Assembly: GCA_018713605.1 (NCBI GenBank)
Contig: DVOM01000036.1
Span: 14,268-78,267 of the forward strand
Direction: 5' to 3'
Length of the DNA: 64,000 nucleotides
Source of the DNA: Candidatus Scatocola faecigallinarum
Lineage (GTDB): Bacteria > Pseudomonadota > Alphaproteobacteria > RF32 > CAG-239
Positions 8,444 to 16,150 of this stretch are shown here, piece by piece. The position numbers were made by a program, and so were the translations under genes. How positions within the stretch are numbered: the stretch's first letter is position 1; every line of letters starts with the position of its first letter. The notes under the pieces are model-generated. The model did no database searches. It was not told the DNA's origin and worked only from the letters and a program-made list of their open reading frames with translations.

Positions 8444-9591
8444 CAGAATATGTTTTTTACTATCCAATTTTAAAATGGAAGCAAGGAGAATACAAAGCTC
8501 TTCATAGTCTAAACCCACAAATAAAAGATCGTATTTGTCCAATTATTGAGATAACACCTATAGGTTATGATCCTGAAAGTAAAGAAAATAGAATAACAAT
8601 AGATGAACATATAAAAGACATTGGTATAAGGCTGCGAAAATATTGGGAAGATAGAACATCTTTTATTGATACTATAAAATTAGATGCACCAGAAGAACAA
8701 AAACCTGCATATGTAAATAAAATTTTTGATAATTGTTTTAATTCTTTTTGCAGAGTTATTCCAGTTGTTCACTTGAAAGATAGTGATCAATTATTGAAAA
8801 CATATAAAGAAATCATAAAAAAACATAGATATGGCTGTATGCTAAGGGTAAATATGAATGAAATTGCGGATGATATAGCAGATAAAGTGAGAGCAATTTT
8901 AGAGAAACTTGATACTAATGCTACAGAAACATACTTATTAGCTGATTTTGATGTTATCAAAATTGGTGACGATGAAGTTTATGATATTTATTCTGAGCAA
9001 TTATGCAAAATATTTAATATTTTTGATTGGCATACAACAATAATTGCAGGATCCTCTTTCCCAGAAGAAATGACAGATGGAACTCTCAATAATAGATATG
9101 AGTGGAATTTATATGACAATTTTCTGAAGAAGTTTGCGATAACATCTAAAGAACCTAAATTTTCTGATTATTATATTTTAAATCCTGAGCATTCTTTTCC
9201 TCATGATGGAAAAATAATTAAGCCGAAAGCTAAATTACGTTATACCACAAATAATGGATGGTATTTTAATAAAATTCCTCCAAAATCAAAAAGAAATAAA
9301 GATATAGATGAAGTGGGTAAAGAATTAACAGAAGGAGAAAAATATAAATTTCTGTGTAAAGATTTAATAGCTAACTCTATTTTTAGAGGACCCTCATTTT
9401 CAAAAGGTGATGAATACATATATAAACAAGCAACAGATCCAAAAGCTAAAGGAGGAAATGCATCAATCTGGGTGGAAGCTTCTACTAATCAACACCTTAC
9501 CAAGGTCGTAAATGATTTGTCCAAGCTTCTCGGTTTTTCATTGCGTTGCGAACAAGGTCTTTTAGGTCTTTTAGAGAGAACTCTTGAGTAA
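8440..9591 (+). CDS. Beta-protein (PF14350)/sce7725-like family protein, function unknown
   Basis: The N-terminus 'YYPILKWKQGEYKALHSL' matches my recollection of the YxPxLKxKxGExxAL signature of this family. ATGA overlap with the upstream ImmA-fusion gene. Confidence 0.55.
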   Translation: MTEYVFYYPILKWKQGEYKALHSLNPQIKDRICPIIEITPIGYDPESKENRITIDEHIKDIGIRLRKYWEDRTSFIDTIKLDAPEEQKPAYVNKIFDNCFNSFCRVIPVVHLKDSDQLLKTYKEIIKKHRYGCMLRVNMNEIADDIADKVRAILEKLDTNATETYLLADFDVIKIGDDEVYDIYSEQLCKIFNIFDWHTTIIAGSSFPEEMTDGTLNNRYEWNLYDNFLKKFAITSKEPKFSDYYILNPEHSFPHDGKIIKPKAKLRYTTNNGWYFNKIPPKSKRNKDIDEVGKELTEGEKYKFLCKDLIANSIFRGPSFSKGDEYIYKQATDPKAKGGNASIWVEASTNQHLTKVVNDLSKLLGFSLRCEQGLLGLLERTLE

Positions 9592-10096
9592 GACGTGTAT
9601 AAAGTTCTTCTTTGTTTTTACGTAATTCTTTGGATGGGATCCCTTTAGAATGAAGCAAATTTATAACCTCATCTTTCCACAAAAGCTGTACTAGTGAATG
9701 AGAATCAACATTCTTATTTAGTTTACCTTTTCTATATTGTTTAAATTTTATAGTTCTGTTTTTTGTGTGTTTAACAAGTTGTATTTCCCACCAATCAGGT
9801 ATTATTTCTAAAGCCTTTTGAAGATGATTTTCTCCAACTACTAGTGTAGCTTTATCCAAAATTTTACTATAAACTTTTTCTTGATAAGGTAATCTATCTA
9901 GAGTATCCGCTTCGCTTTTTATTTCGTATCCATGAAGAGATCCATTTACAACAGCAATATCAACTCTGCATGCTCCCTGTAATAATCCTAATTCATTGAG
10001 CACAATAGTATCAAAAGCATCTTCATGTTTTTTCAGAATATTATTATACAGACTCTTCCTTATATCTGAATCTTTAAGTAAATCGCGATTCATCAA
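9497..10096 (-). CDS. sce7726/MmcB-like PD-(D/E)xK nuclease-fold protein
   Basis: 'NELGLLQGACRVDIAVVNGSLHGYEIKSEADTLDR' gives an E...D-x12-ExK arrangement typical of restriction-endonuclease-fold proteins. It is convergent with the Beta-like gene and overlaps it by 95 nt. Confidence 0.55.
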   Translation of the reverse strand: MMNRDLLKDSDIRKSLYNNILKKHEDAFDTIVLNELGLLQGACRVDIAVVNGSLHGYEIKSEADTLDRLPYQEKVYSKILDKATLVVGENHLQKALEIIPDWWEIQLVKHTKNRTIKFKQYRKGKLNKNVDSHSLVQLLWKDEVINLLHSKGIPSKELRKNKEELYTRLTQEFSLKDLKDLVRNAMKNREAWTNHLRPW

Positions 10097-10154
10097 TTAA
10101 AGCCCCAAGCATTTAAAAGTTAAAATTTAGTTAACAAATTATATTTTATATAGT

Positions 10155-10685
10155 ATGTTAAATCAACTTAATAAAGATTATATTAACAAATTTCCTTTTT
10201 ATTTGACAGAAATAATGACTAAATGGGATGAAGTAGGAATAATATTTGTGATTAAAATTATAGATTTTGATCTTTCTCTAAGTTTTCAGCGTTTTCCTGA
10301 AGGATACAGAGATGATCAATCTGAATTTGTAGAACTTAAAGGTGAAATCGTTTTTTCAAGCACAAAAAATTATCTCAAAGGAACTCATGTTCCTATTTAC
10401 GCTTTTACAAAATTTGAACATCCCAATCCTTCTGATCCAAGTGTTTTTGAGTTTAAATATTCTGGAAGACAAAGAATATACGACGATGCGCCGTTGGCTG
10501 GCGCTTTTGATGGAAAATATGCACACATCTCTGTAAATGATCGATTTTTACAAACATTGTGCTTTATAAAACAATTAAATAAGGATGCTTATTTAGCATT
10601 TAATTGTGTTCGTAAAAAATATCAAAAACCATGTATTAAAAGTTACACTCTAAGTACAGAATTCAATCTTGAAGATTATGAGTAA
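10155..10685 (+). CDS. Hypothetical protein
   Basis: A 176-aa ORF in the AT-rich island with no motif I recognise. It is the only long ORF in this interval apart from a short ORF (10342..10536) nested in another frame. Confidence 0.4.
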   Translation: MLNQLNKDYINKFPFYLTEIMTKWDEVGIIFVIKIIDFDLSLSFQRFPEGYRDDQSEFVELKGEIVFSSTKNYLKGTHVPIYAFTKFEHPNPSDPSVFEFKYSGRQRIYDDAPLAGAFDGKYAHISVNDRFLQTLCFIKQLNKDAYLAFNCVRKKYQKPCIKSYTLSTEFNLEDYE

Positions 10686-11038
10686 CTATTTTTAGAAATA
10701 TTAATAGATAAAATCCCTGTTCTTTGATCAAAATATCCCTGATAAATTTATGGGTAGTTAGGTGCTATTCAAGTAAATCTGCATATTTGTGGGAATTTTG
10801 CATGTAAAATCCACCCAAATTTCCCTGTAGATTCCCTGTTATTAGAAAATGGGTAATGATGTATTTGTGATTCAGGAGTCGAAAAGATTGGTGGTCAACA
10901 AAATTTATTGGCGTTATATTGGAAATTGAGTTGAACAATATTGTGTTTAACCATAAATAGCGGATATTTGTTTAATTTTATTTGATTCTTTTAAGTATCT
11001 TGGTACTCTGAAAATATAGGTTTATAGGGTAAGTTAAG

Positions 11039-12478
11039 ATGCTGGAACGAATTAGAAATCTTTTACAACAAGGCGAAGGTCTCAAGGTCGAATTTAAGGA
11101 AGCCCAAGGTGGTATGCCGAAAAGTCTCTATGCGACGGTATGTGCATTTTCCAATACGCAAGGGGGCGAAATACTTTTGGGTATCGCAGATAATGGCCAA
11201 GCTTTAGGTATTGCACCGAATAAGGTGGCTCAATATAAAAAGGATTTTGTTAATACAATAAATGATTCTGGTAAAAATTGTCCGCCTCTATATTTATCTA
11301 TTGATACTGTAGAAATTGATGGAAAAATAATTCTATATGTTAATGTTCCACAAAGTTCAGAAGTTCAACGTTGTGACGGAAAAATTTATATCCGCAATGA
11401 AGATGGTGATTTTGATATAACACACCAACAAAATCGTGTTGCTAATTTGTATGCTCGTAAACAGAATACATATTCTGAAAGTAAAATTTATAAGAATGTT
11501 GCATTAACAGATTTAAGATTGGATTTGATCGCTCGCGCGAGAAAATTGGCTGTTATTCGGCAACCTGGACACCCATGGACAGAACTGAACGATTTGGAAT
11601 TATTGAAAAGCTCTGGATTATATAAAAAGGATTATATTTCCGGTGAAGAAGGCATAACGTTGGCAGGAATTCTACTACTCGGTAAAGATGATGTTATAAA
11701 ATCTGTACTTCCTCATTTTAAAACTGATCTAATTATTAGAGTAAAAGATTCATCTCGTTATGATGATAGAGATGACGTTAGGACGAATCTTATAGAAAGT
11801 TATGACCATATCATGGATTTTGTTAATAAACACCTCCCATCACCTTTTTACTTAGAAGGATCTGTAAGAGTAGATGTACGAAATGTTATATTTCGAGAAA
11901 TAGCTGCTAATTTATTAATTCATAGAGAATATAACAGCCATTTTCCAGGAAGGTTTGTTATTGAGAAAGATAAAATTTTTACAGAAAATGGAAATAAACC
12001 ATATATTCATGGAAATATTAATCCTGAGCTAAGTGTTCCATACCCTAAAAACCCAACGATTGCTAAGTTCTTTAAGGAAATTGGCTTAGCAGAAGAGTTG
12101 GGCTCCGGGGTTAGGAATCTTGTAAAATATTCAAAGTTTTATGCTGGATATATTCCTGTTTTAACGGATACAGAGATTTTTAGATTAGATTGGAAAATTA
12201 ACTTATTTGATGAAAAAGAACAAGATGTTGTAGAGATTAGTGATCAAGTTAGTGATCAAGTTAGTGATCAAGTTAGTGATCAAGTTAACAAGATTCTTGA
12301 GTTTTGTTTGTCACCGCGTTCATTAGTTGAAATTATGGCGCAAACAAAATATGCAAGTAGAGTGCACTTTAGTAATAAGATATTAAAGCCTTTAATTAAG
12401 AAAGGATTAATTAAACAAACTGCACCAAATAAACCGAATAGTCCTAATCAAAAATACGTTACGGTAATTAAAGAATGA
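11039..12478 (+). CDS. AlbA_2 (Schlafen-like 'divergent AAA') / HATPase_c_4 / C-terminal wHTH protein
   Basis: The N-terminus 'EGLKVEFKEAQGGMPKSLYATVCAFSNTQGGEILLGIADNG' is the classic AlbA_2 signature. Mid-region motifs 'REIAANLLIHREY' and 'AEELGSGVRN' fit HATPase_c_4. The C-terminal 'LKPLIKKGLIKQT' looks like a winged helix. Confidence 0.75.
   Translation: MLERIRNLLQQGEGLKVEFKEAQGGMPKSLYATVCAFSNTQGGEILLGIADNGQALGIAPNKVAQYKKDFVNTINDSGKNCPPLYLSIDTVEIDGKIILYVNVPQSSEVQRCDGKIYIRNEDGDFDITHQQNRVANLYARKQNTYSESKIYKNVALTDLRLDLIARARKLAVIRQPGHPWTELNDLELLKSSGLYKKDYISGEEGITLAGILLLGKDDVIKSVLPHFKTDLIIRVKDSSRYDDRDDVRTNLIESYDHIMDFVNKHLPSPFYLEGSVRVDVRNVIFREIAANLLIHREYNSHFPGRFVIEKDKIFTENGNKPYIHGNINPELSVPYPKNPTIAKFFKEIGLAEELGSGVRNLVKYSKFYAGYIPVLTDTEIFRLDWKINLFDEKEQDVVEISDQVSDQVSDQVSDQVNKILEFCLSPRSLVEIMAQTKYASRVHFSNKILKPLIKKGLIKQTAPNKPNSPNQKYVTVIKE
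12239..12286 (+). repeat. Perfect 12-bp tandem repeat (AGTGATCAAGTT x4) encoding SDQV x4 inside the AlbA_2 gene
   Basis: Read directly: agtgatcaagtt repeated four times head to tail, in frame, in the linker before the C-terminal wHTH. Confidence 0.95.
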
Positions 12479-12596
12479 AGGTTAAACCATCTTGTTAAGG
12501 CTTAACTTGTGACCTTTTATCTCTGTGACCGTGATAATATTTTCTATTCTTTTCTTTAGTATGCTCAATACCGTTGAAGTTTACTATTCCGCCATT

Positions 12597-12632
12597 AAAC
12601 AGAAAGCCCTGCATTTGCAGGGCTTTCTGTTT
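12597..12632. terminator. Bidirectional intrinsic terminator at the island/core junction
   Basis: Perfect palindrome aaACAGAAAGCCCTGCAttTGCAGGGCTTTCTGTtt flanked by A/T runs. It lies between the convergent AlbA_2 gene (+) and the flavodoxin gene (-). Confidence 0.8.
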
Positions 12633-12645
12633 AATAAAGTCAGGT

Positions 12646-13227
12646 TCAATTGCTGAAACCCAAATCTTTCAGCCAGTCTGAGAGGCCTGTTGTACGGCTG
12701 CCGTAGCCAATCCAGGCATTGCTGTTCACGTCGCAGCCCTGACACTGTGCCGTTATGTCGGTAACCGTATGTTGGGCACCGCCGCCACCATGTGTTATAA
12801 ACGGGATAACTTTTTTTCCGTTCAGACGATAGGTTTCGAGAAAACTGCTTACCTGCGGCGTAATGGTGCCCCACCAGTTTGGCGAACCAAGGAAAACAAC
12901 GTCATATTGGGTTATGTCGGTAACTGCGGTTGTCAATTTAGGACGATAGCCAGCGTCGATTTCTTTTTTGGCCTGCGTGGTCATTGGGCGGTATTCTTCG
13001 GGATAGCTTCCTTCGGTTTTAATTTCGAACAGGTCTCCGCCGACGAGTTTATGAATTGCTTCGGCGACTTCTTTGGTGTTGCCGCTGTATGAATAGTAGG
13101 CAATCAGGATTTTGGGTGTTTCGTTTTTCACTGTATTGTTCTCCTCTTTAATTTGGGCATTTGATTTGTAGCCGAACAGAGCCAGCAGAGAAAGGACGAC
13201 GGCTCCGAACAGGATTGTTTTGTTCAT
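12646..13227 (-). CDS. Flavodoxin-family protein with an N-terminal Sec-type signal peptide
   Basis: 'KILIAYYSYSGNTKEVAEAI' (FMN phosphate-binding loop) and 'VFLGSPNWWGT' (Flavodoxin_4-like). The ATG at 13227 is preceded by AAGGAGAA. Signal-like 'MNKTILFGAVVLSLLALFGYKSNA'. Confidence 0.8.
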   Translation of the reverse strand: MNKTILFGAVVLSLLALFGYKSNAQIKEENNTVKNETPKILIAYYSYSGNTKEVAEAIHKLVGGDLFEIKTEGSYPEEYRPMTTQAKKEIDAGYRPKLTTAVTDITQYDVVFLGSPNWWGTITPQVSSFLETYRLNGKKVIPFITHGGGGAQHTVTDITAQCQGCDVNSNAWIGYGSRTTGLSDWLKDLGFSN

Positions 13228-13358
13228 TTTTTCTCCTTTGTTGGTGTGTTGAACTGAATTTGTGAACAATTCCGCCAGTTTCAATATATGGCAGAGATTT
13301 TTACTTTGATTTGATTACAGCTTAATCTTTAGAGTGTGCTCTAGGTCAAGAACTTTTT

Positions 13359-14066
13359 TTATTTTTGTTTCGGTCGCGAAAAAAACAAACTGGTTTCAAA
13401 AAGCGCATAAGTCGGAACGGCAAGCATTAGCTGGCTGACAATGTCGGGCGGTGTCAGCAGAGCGGCCAGAAGCAAAATGCCGACGATGACGTGCGGACGT
13501 TTGCCGGTTACGGAGCGGTAAGAAACGATACCGGAACGAATCAGCGAGCGGGTAATCAGCGGAAACTGAAACATCAGCCCGAAAACTACCGACAGCCAAA
13601 GTGCGGTTGAAATGATGCCGGAAACGCCAAAAACGGCTCTTATGTTCGGTGTGGCAAAACTCAAGCCGAAATTTACCAGCAGGGGCAGGATAAAAAAGAC
13701 GCAAAACAGTGCGCCAAAGATGAATAATATGCAGGAAGACAAGACGATGGACCTGATGAAACGGCGTTCGTTGTTGTGAAGTGCCGGCAGGACGAATTCC
13801 CAAATATTTTTGGCGATGTAAGGAGAACAGATCAGAATGTCCAGTACGACAGCCGTTTTGATCTGCAAAACGAAAACTTCCATCGGTGAAAAATAGTTTA
13901 AGGAGATGTTATTGCCTGATGTCATGATTCTGATAAGCAGGTCAATGCAGTCCGGTGCGGCAAGAAACATCGGAAGAAGTCCGATGCCCAATGCCGCAAA
14001 ACATTTTATCAATGTTGAACGGAGAGCTTCCAAATGTTCAATAAGACTTTCCTGCCGTTTTTCCAT
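13359..14066 (-). CDS. tatC: Twin-arginine translocase subunit TatC
   Basis: 'LIEHLEALRSTLIKCFAALGIG...' and a six-TM layout, including 'LLTPPDIVSQLMLAVP', typical of TatC. Confidence 0.9.
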   Translation of the reverse strand: MEKRQESLIEHLEALRSTLIKCFAALGIGLLPMFLAAPDCIDLLIRIMTSGNNISLNYFSPMEVFVLQIKTAVVLDILICSPYIAKNIWEFVLPALHNNERRFIRSIVLSSCILFIFGALFCVFFILPLLVNFGLSFATPNIRAVFGVSGIISTALWLSVVFGLMFQFPLITRSLIRSGIVSYRSVTGKRPHVIVGILLLAALLTPPDIVSQLMLAVPTYALFETSLFFSRPKQK

Positions 14067-14069
14067 CGG

Positions 14070-14279
14070 TTATTTTTCGTCTTTCTTTTTTTCTTCTTCG
14101 GCGGCGTTGGCGATGTCTTTTTTCAGCTCTTGTGCTTCGTTTTGCAGCATGTCCCGCGCTTTTTTGTATTCATACTGTGCTCTGCCGAGGGCTTTGGCGA
14201 GTTCGGGAATTCTTTTGCCGCCAAAAAGAATCAGAACAACGATTAGAATCAATACGATTTCGGATAAACCTAAAGACAT
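14070..14279 (-). CDS. tatA: Twin-arginine translocase subunit TatA/E
   Basis: '[34 protein letters not shown]' is the canonical TatA N-terminus. Confidence 0.9.
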   Translation of the reverse strand: MSLGLSEIVLILIVVLILFGGKRIPELAKALGRAQYEYKKARDMLQNEAQELKKDIANAAEEEKKKDEK

Positions 14280-14289
14280 TATTTTCTCC

Positions 14290-15564
14290 TTATAAAATTT
14301 TCTGTGTTTCTACGGGAATTACGGTAATGGCATTTACCGGACAGGCATTCTGGCATGCGCCGCAGCCAATGCAGCCTTTGGCGTCGATTTGCGGAAAGCC
14401 GCCGTTTTTTCGGCAAATAATCTGACGCGGGCATTTCATGACGCAAATGCCGCATTTGATGCAGGTGTTTTCGTCGACAGCGGCCAGGCCGATTTGTGTT
14501 TTCCGCTTTTCTGCCAGAGAAATTTTTTTAATGGCTCCCGACGGACAGACAGCAGAACAATTATGACAGTCATAGTCGCAAAAACTCTCGGCGTAGTCAA
14601 TATGTACGGCAGGATAATCCGCTGACGCCTTTTTTATGATTTTCATCGGGCAGCCTGCGACGCAGAGGTTGCAGTTGAGGCAGCGGCTGGCAAATTCTCT
14701 GGGGTTGCCAGCACCTGCAGGAAGAATGACTTTTTTAGTTTTGTCGGCGATTGTCCGGCTGAGCCTGATGCCGCCTTTTACGGCTACGGACAAAACCGCC
14801 GCTGCGGCCGCCGCTGTCAACAATCTGCGTCTTTCCGGACTGAACGGAACTGCCGCAACCGGTTCGCTGCGGTAATCAATGCCGTTTTGCCGACAAACAG
14901 TAAGGCACTTGAAGCATTTGATGCAGGTTTCGTTGTTGACGGTTTTGCTTCTGAAGTCAATACTGCCGGTTGGACATCCGGTTGCGCAAAGGCCGCAGGA
15001 AACACACTGTTCCGAGTTAATCAGAATTTTTTTACGGGCATGGATGGCAAGCAGGCCGAGGAGGGTTCCGACCGGACAGATGTTGGCGCAAAAAATACGT
15101 CCAAAAAACCAGGTCAGAACGGCAACGAATCCGAAAGCAGCCAGTCCGGGAAGCGCGCCGCTTGCCGCCGAACCGAAAAGAGCGTAGGGGTCAATCAGGC
15201 GAATGACGGCAACCGTGCCGCCGAGCAGCATGCCGAAGAAAACGGCAGCAAGAAAATATTTGGCCGGACGGTTTTGACGATAGCCGGTGCGGCGTCGGAA
15301 AAACAGCATCAGAAATTCCTGGAGCAGCCCGAAAGGGCAGAGGGTCGAGCAATAGACACGGCCGAAAAAGAGCGTGAGAAGCAATAATGCGCTGAGAAGA
15401 ATTGCCGCGGTCAGCGAGACGTCGACGAGAAAACGCTGCAGCAGCGCGGTCAATTGGAGGTCAAAAATTTTTACGGGATAAAATGCACTGAAAAAGGCAA
15501 GAAAGCACAATATGCCTGTAACCCAGGCGATGAAACAGCGAATGCGAAAGTAAGTTTTGTTCAT
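14290..15564 (-). CDS. Membrane polyferredoxin: NapH-like integral-membrane half fused to a NapG-like multi-[4Fe-4S] half
   Basis: The N-terminal TM region has the '[12 protein letters not shown]' and '[12 protein letters not shown]' motifs plus CxxCxxCxxxCP clusters. An internal '[21 protein letters not shown]' segment follows, then four more CxxCxxCxxxCP ferredoxin motifs. Confidence 0.75.
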   Translation of the reverse strand: MNKTYFRIRCFIAWVTGILCFLAFFSAFYPVKIFDLQLTALLQRFLVDVSLTAAILLSALLLLTLFFGRVYCSTLCPFGLLQEFLMLFFRRRTGYRQNRPAKYFLAAVFFGMLLGGTVAVIRLIDPYALFGSAASGALPGLAAFGFVAVLTWFFGRIFCANICPVGTLLGLLAIHARKKILINSEQCVSCGLCATGCPTGSIDFRSKTVNNETCIKCFKCLTVCRQNGIDYRSEPVAAVPFSPERRRLLTAAAAAAVLSVAVKGGIRLSRTIADKTKKVILPAGAGNPREFASRCLNCNLCVAGCPMKIIKKASADYPAVHIDYAESFCDYDCHNCSAVCPSGAIKKISLAEKRKTQIGLAAVDENTCIKCGICVMKCPRQIICRKNGGFPQIDAKGCIGCGACQNACPVNAITVIPVETQKIL

Positions 15565-15678
15565 TTTTTTCTGTTCGTTATGGCAATCGGTTACTTAAAG
15601 CATAAACCTTAGAGTCCGCTTTAAGTCAAGTCTTTTTATCCGTTTTCGGAGAAAACGTTTGGCCGCAGATACCGCGGC

Positions 15679-16074
15679 TTAGTCCCATCTTTTGAAGACG
15701 AAAAAAGCTGCCAGCAGAAGGAGCAGAAAACCGACCGCGTCGTTCCATTTCAGCCCTTCTTTGAGGTAAAGCGCCGAAAAGACTGCAAAAACCGCAAGGG
15801 TAATGATTTCCTGCATGATTTTAAGCTGCGGGGCGGTAAAATAGTCATGGCCGATGCGGTTGGCGGGAACTTGAAAGCAATATTCGAAAAAGGCTATTCC
15901 CCAGCTGGCCAGAATTACGGTCCACAGGGCGGCTGATTTGTATTTGAGGTGGCCGTACCAGGCGAAGGTCATGAAAATATTTGAAACGACAAGCAGTACA
16001 ATCGGATAAAACTGTCTCATTTTCATTCTCTGAAGAAGTTGTAAAACTGCCATTGATAATATGACCGGGAACAT
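15679..16074 (-). CDS. Small DMT-superfamily membrane protein (DUF486-like); start codon uncertain (16074, 16026 or 16020)
   Basis: 'NIFMTFAWYGHLKYK' and 'FEYCFQVPANRIG' resemble the DUF486/DMT small transporter family. Four TM helices. Confidence 0.6.
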   Translation of the reverse strand: MFPVILSMAVLQLLQRMKMRQFYPIVLLVVSNIFMTFAWYGHLKYKSAALWTVILASWGIAFFEYCFQVPANRIGHDYFTAPQLKIMQEIITLAVFAVFSALYLKEGLKWNDAVGFLLLLLAAFFVFKRWD

Positions 16075-16087
16075 TTAATTTCAAGGC

Positions 16088-16120
16088 AGAAAATACGGAA
16101 TCCGGTTGCGCGGATTCCGT
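16088..16120 (-). terminator. Hairpin (possible terminator or attenuator) between the NAS-like gene and the DMT gene
   Basis: Perfect 10-bp stem ACGGAATCCG-n6-CGGATTCCGT, followed on the minus strand by ATTTTCT. Confidence 0.5.
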
Positions 16121-16150
16121 ACCTTTCGTTTCAGGAGTTATATTTGATGT

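Noticed and set aside
12239-12286. The tandem repeat as a CRISPR array or mini-satellite regulatory element.
   Set aside because: The units are directly adjacent with no spacers, are only 12 bp long and lie in frame inside a CDS. I saw no CRISPR-like repeat-spacer pattern anywhere in the window by eye.
12480-12645. Search for an att site, direct repeat or tRNA at the right island boundary.
   Set aside because: I could recognise only a terminator palindrome. No repeat could be matched, because the left island end is outside the window. This is left as an open question, not a feature.
12584-12874. A 96-aa minus-strand ORF overlapping the flavodoxin 3' end and the terminator.
   Set aside because: It is out of frame with the well-supported flavodoxin gene and runs through the palindromic terminator. 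It has no start signals.
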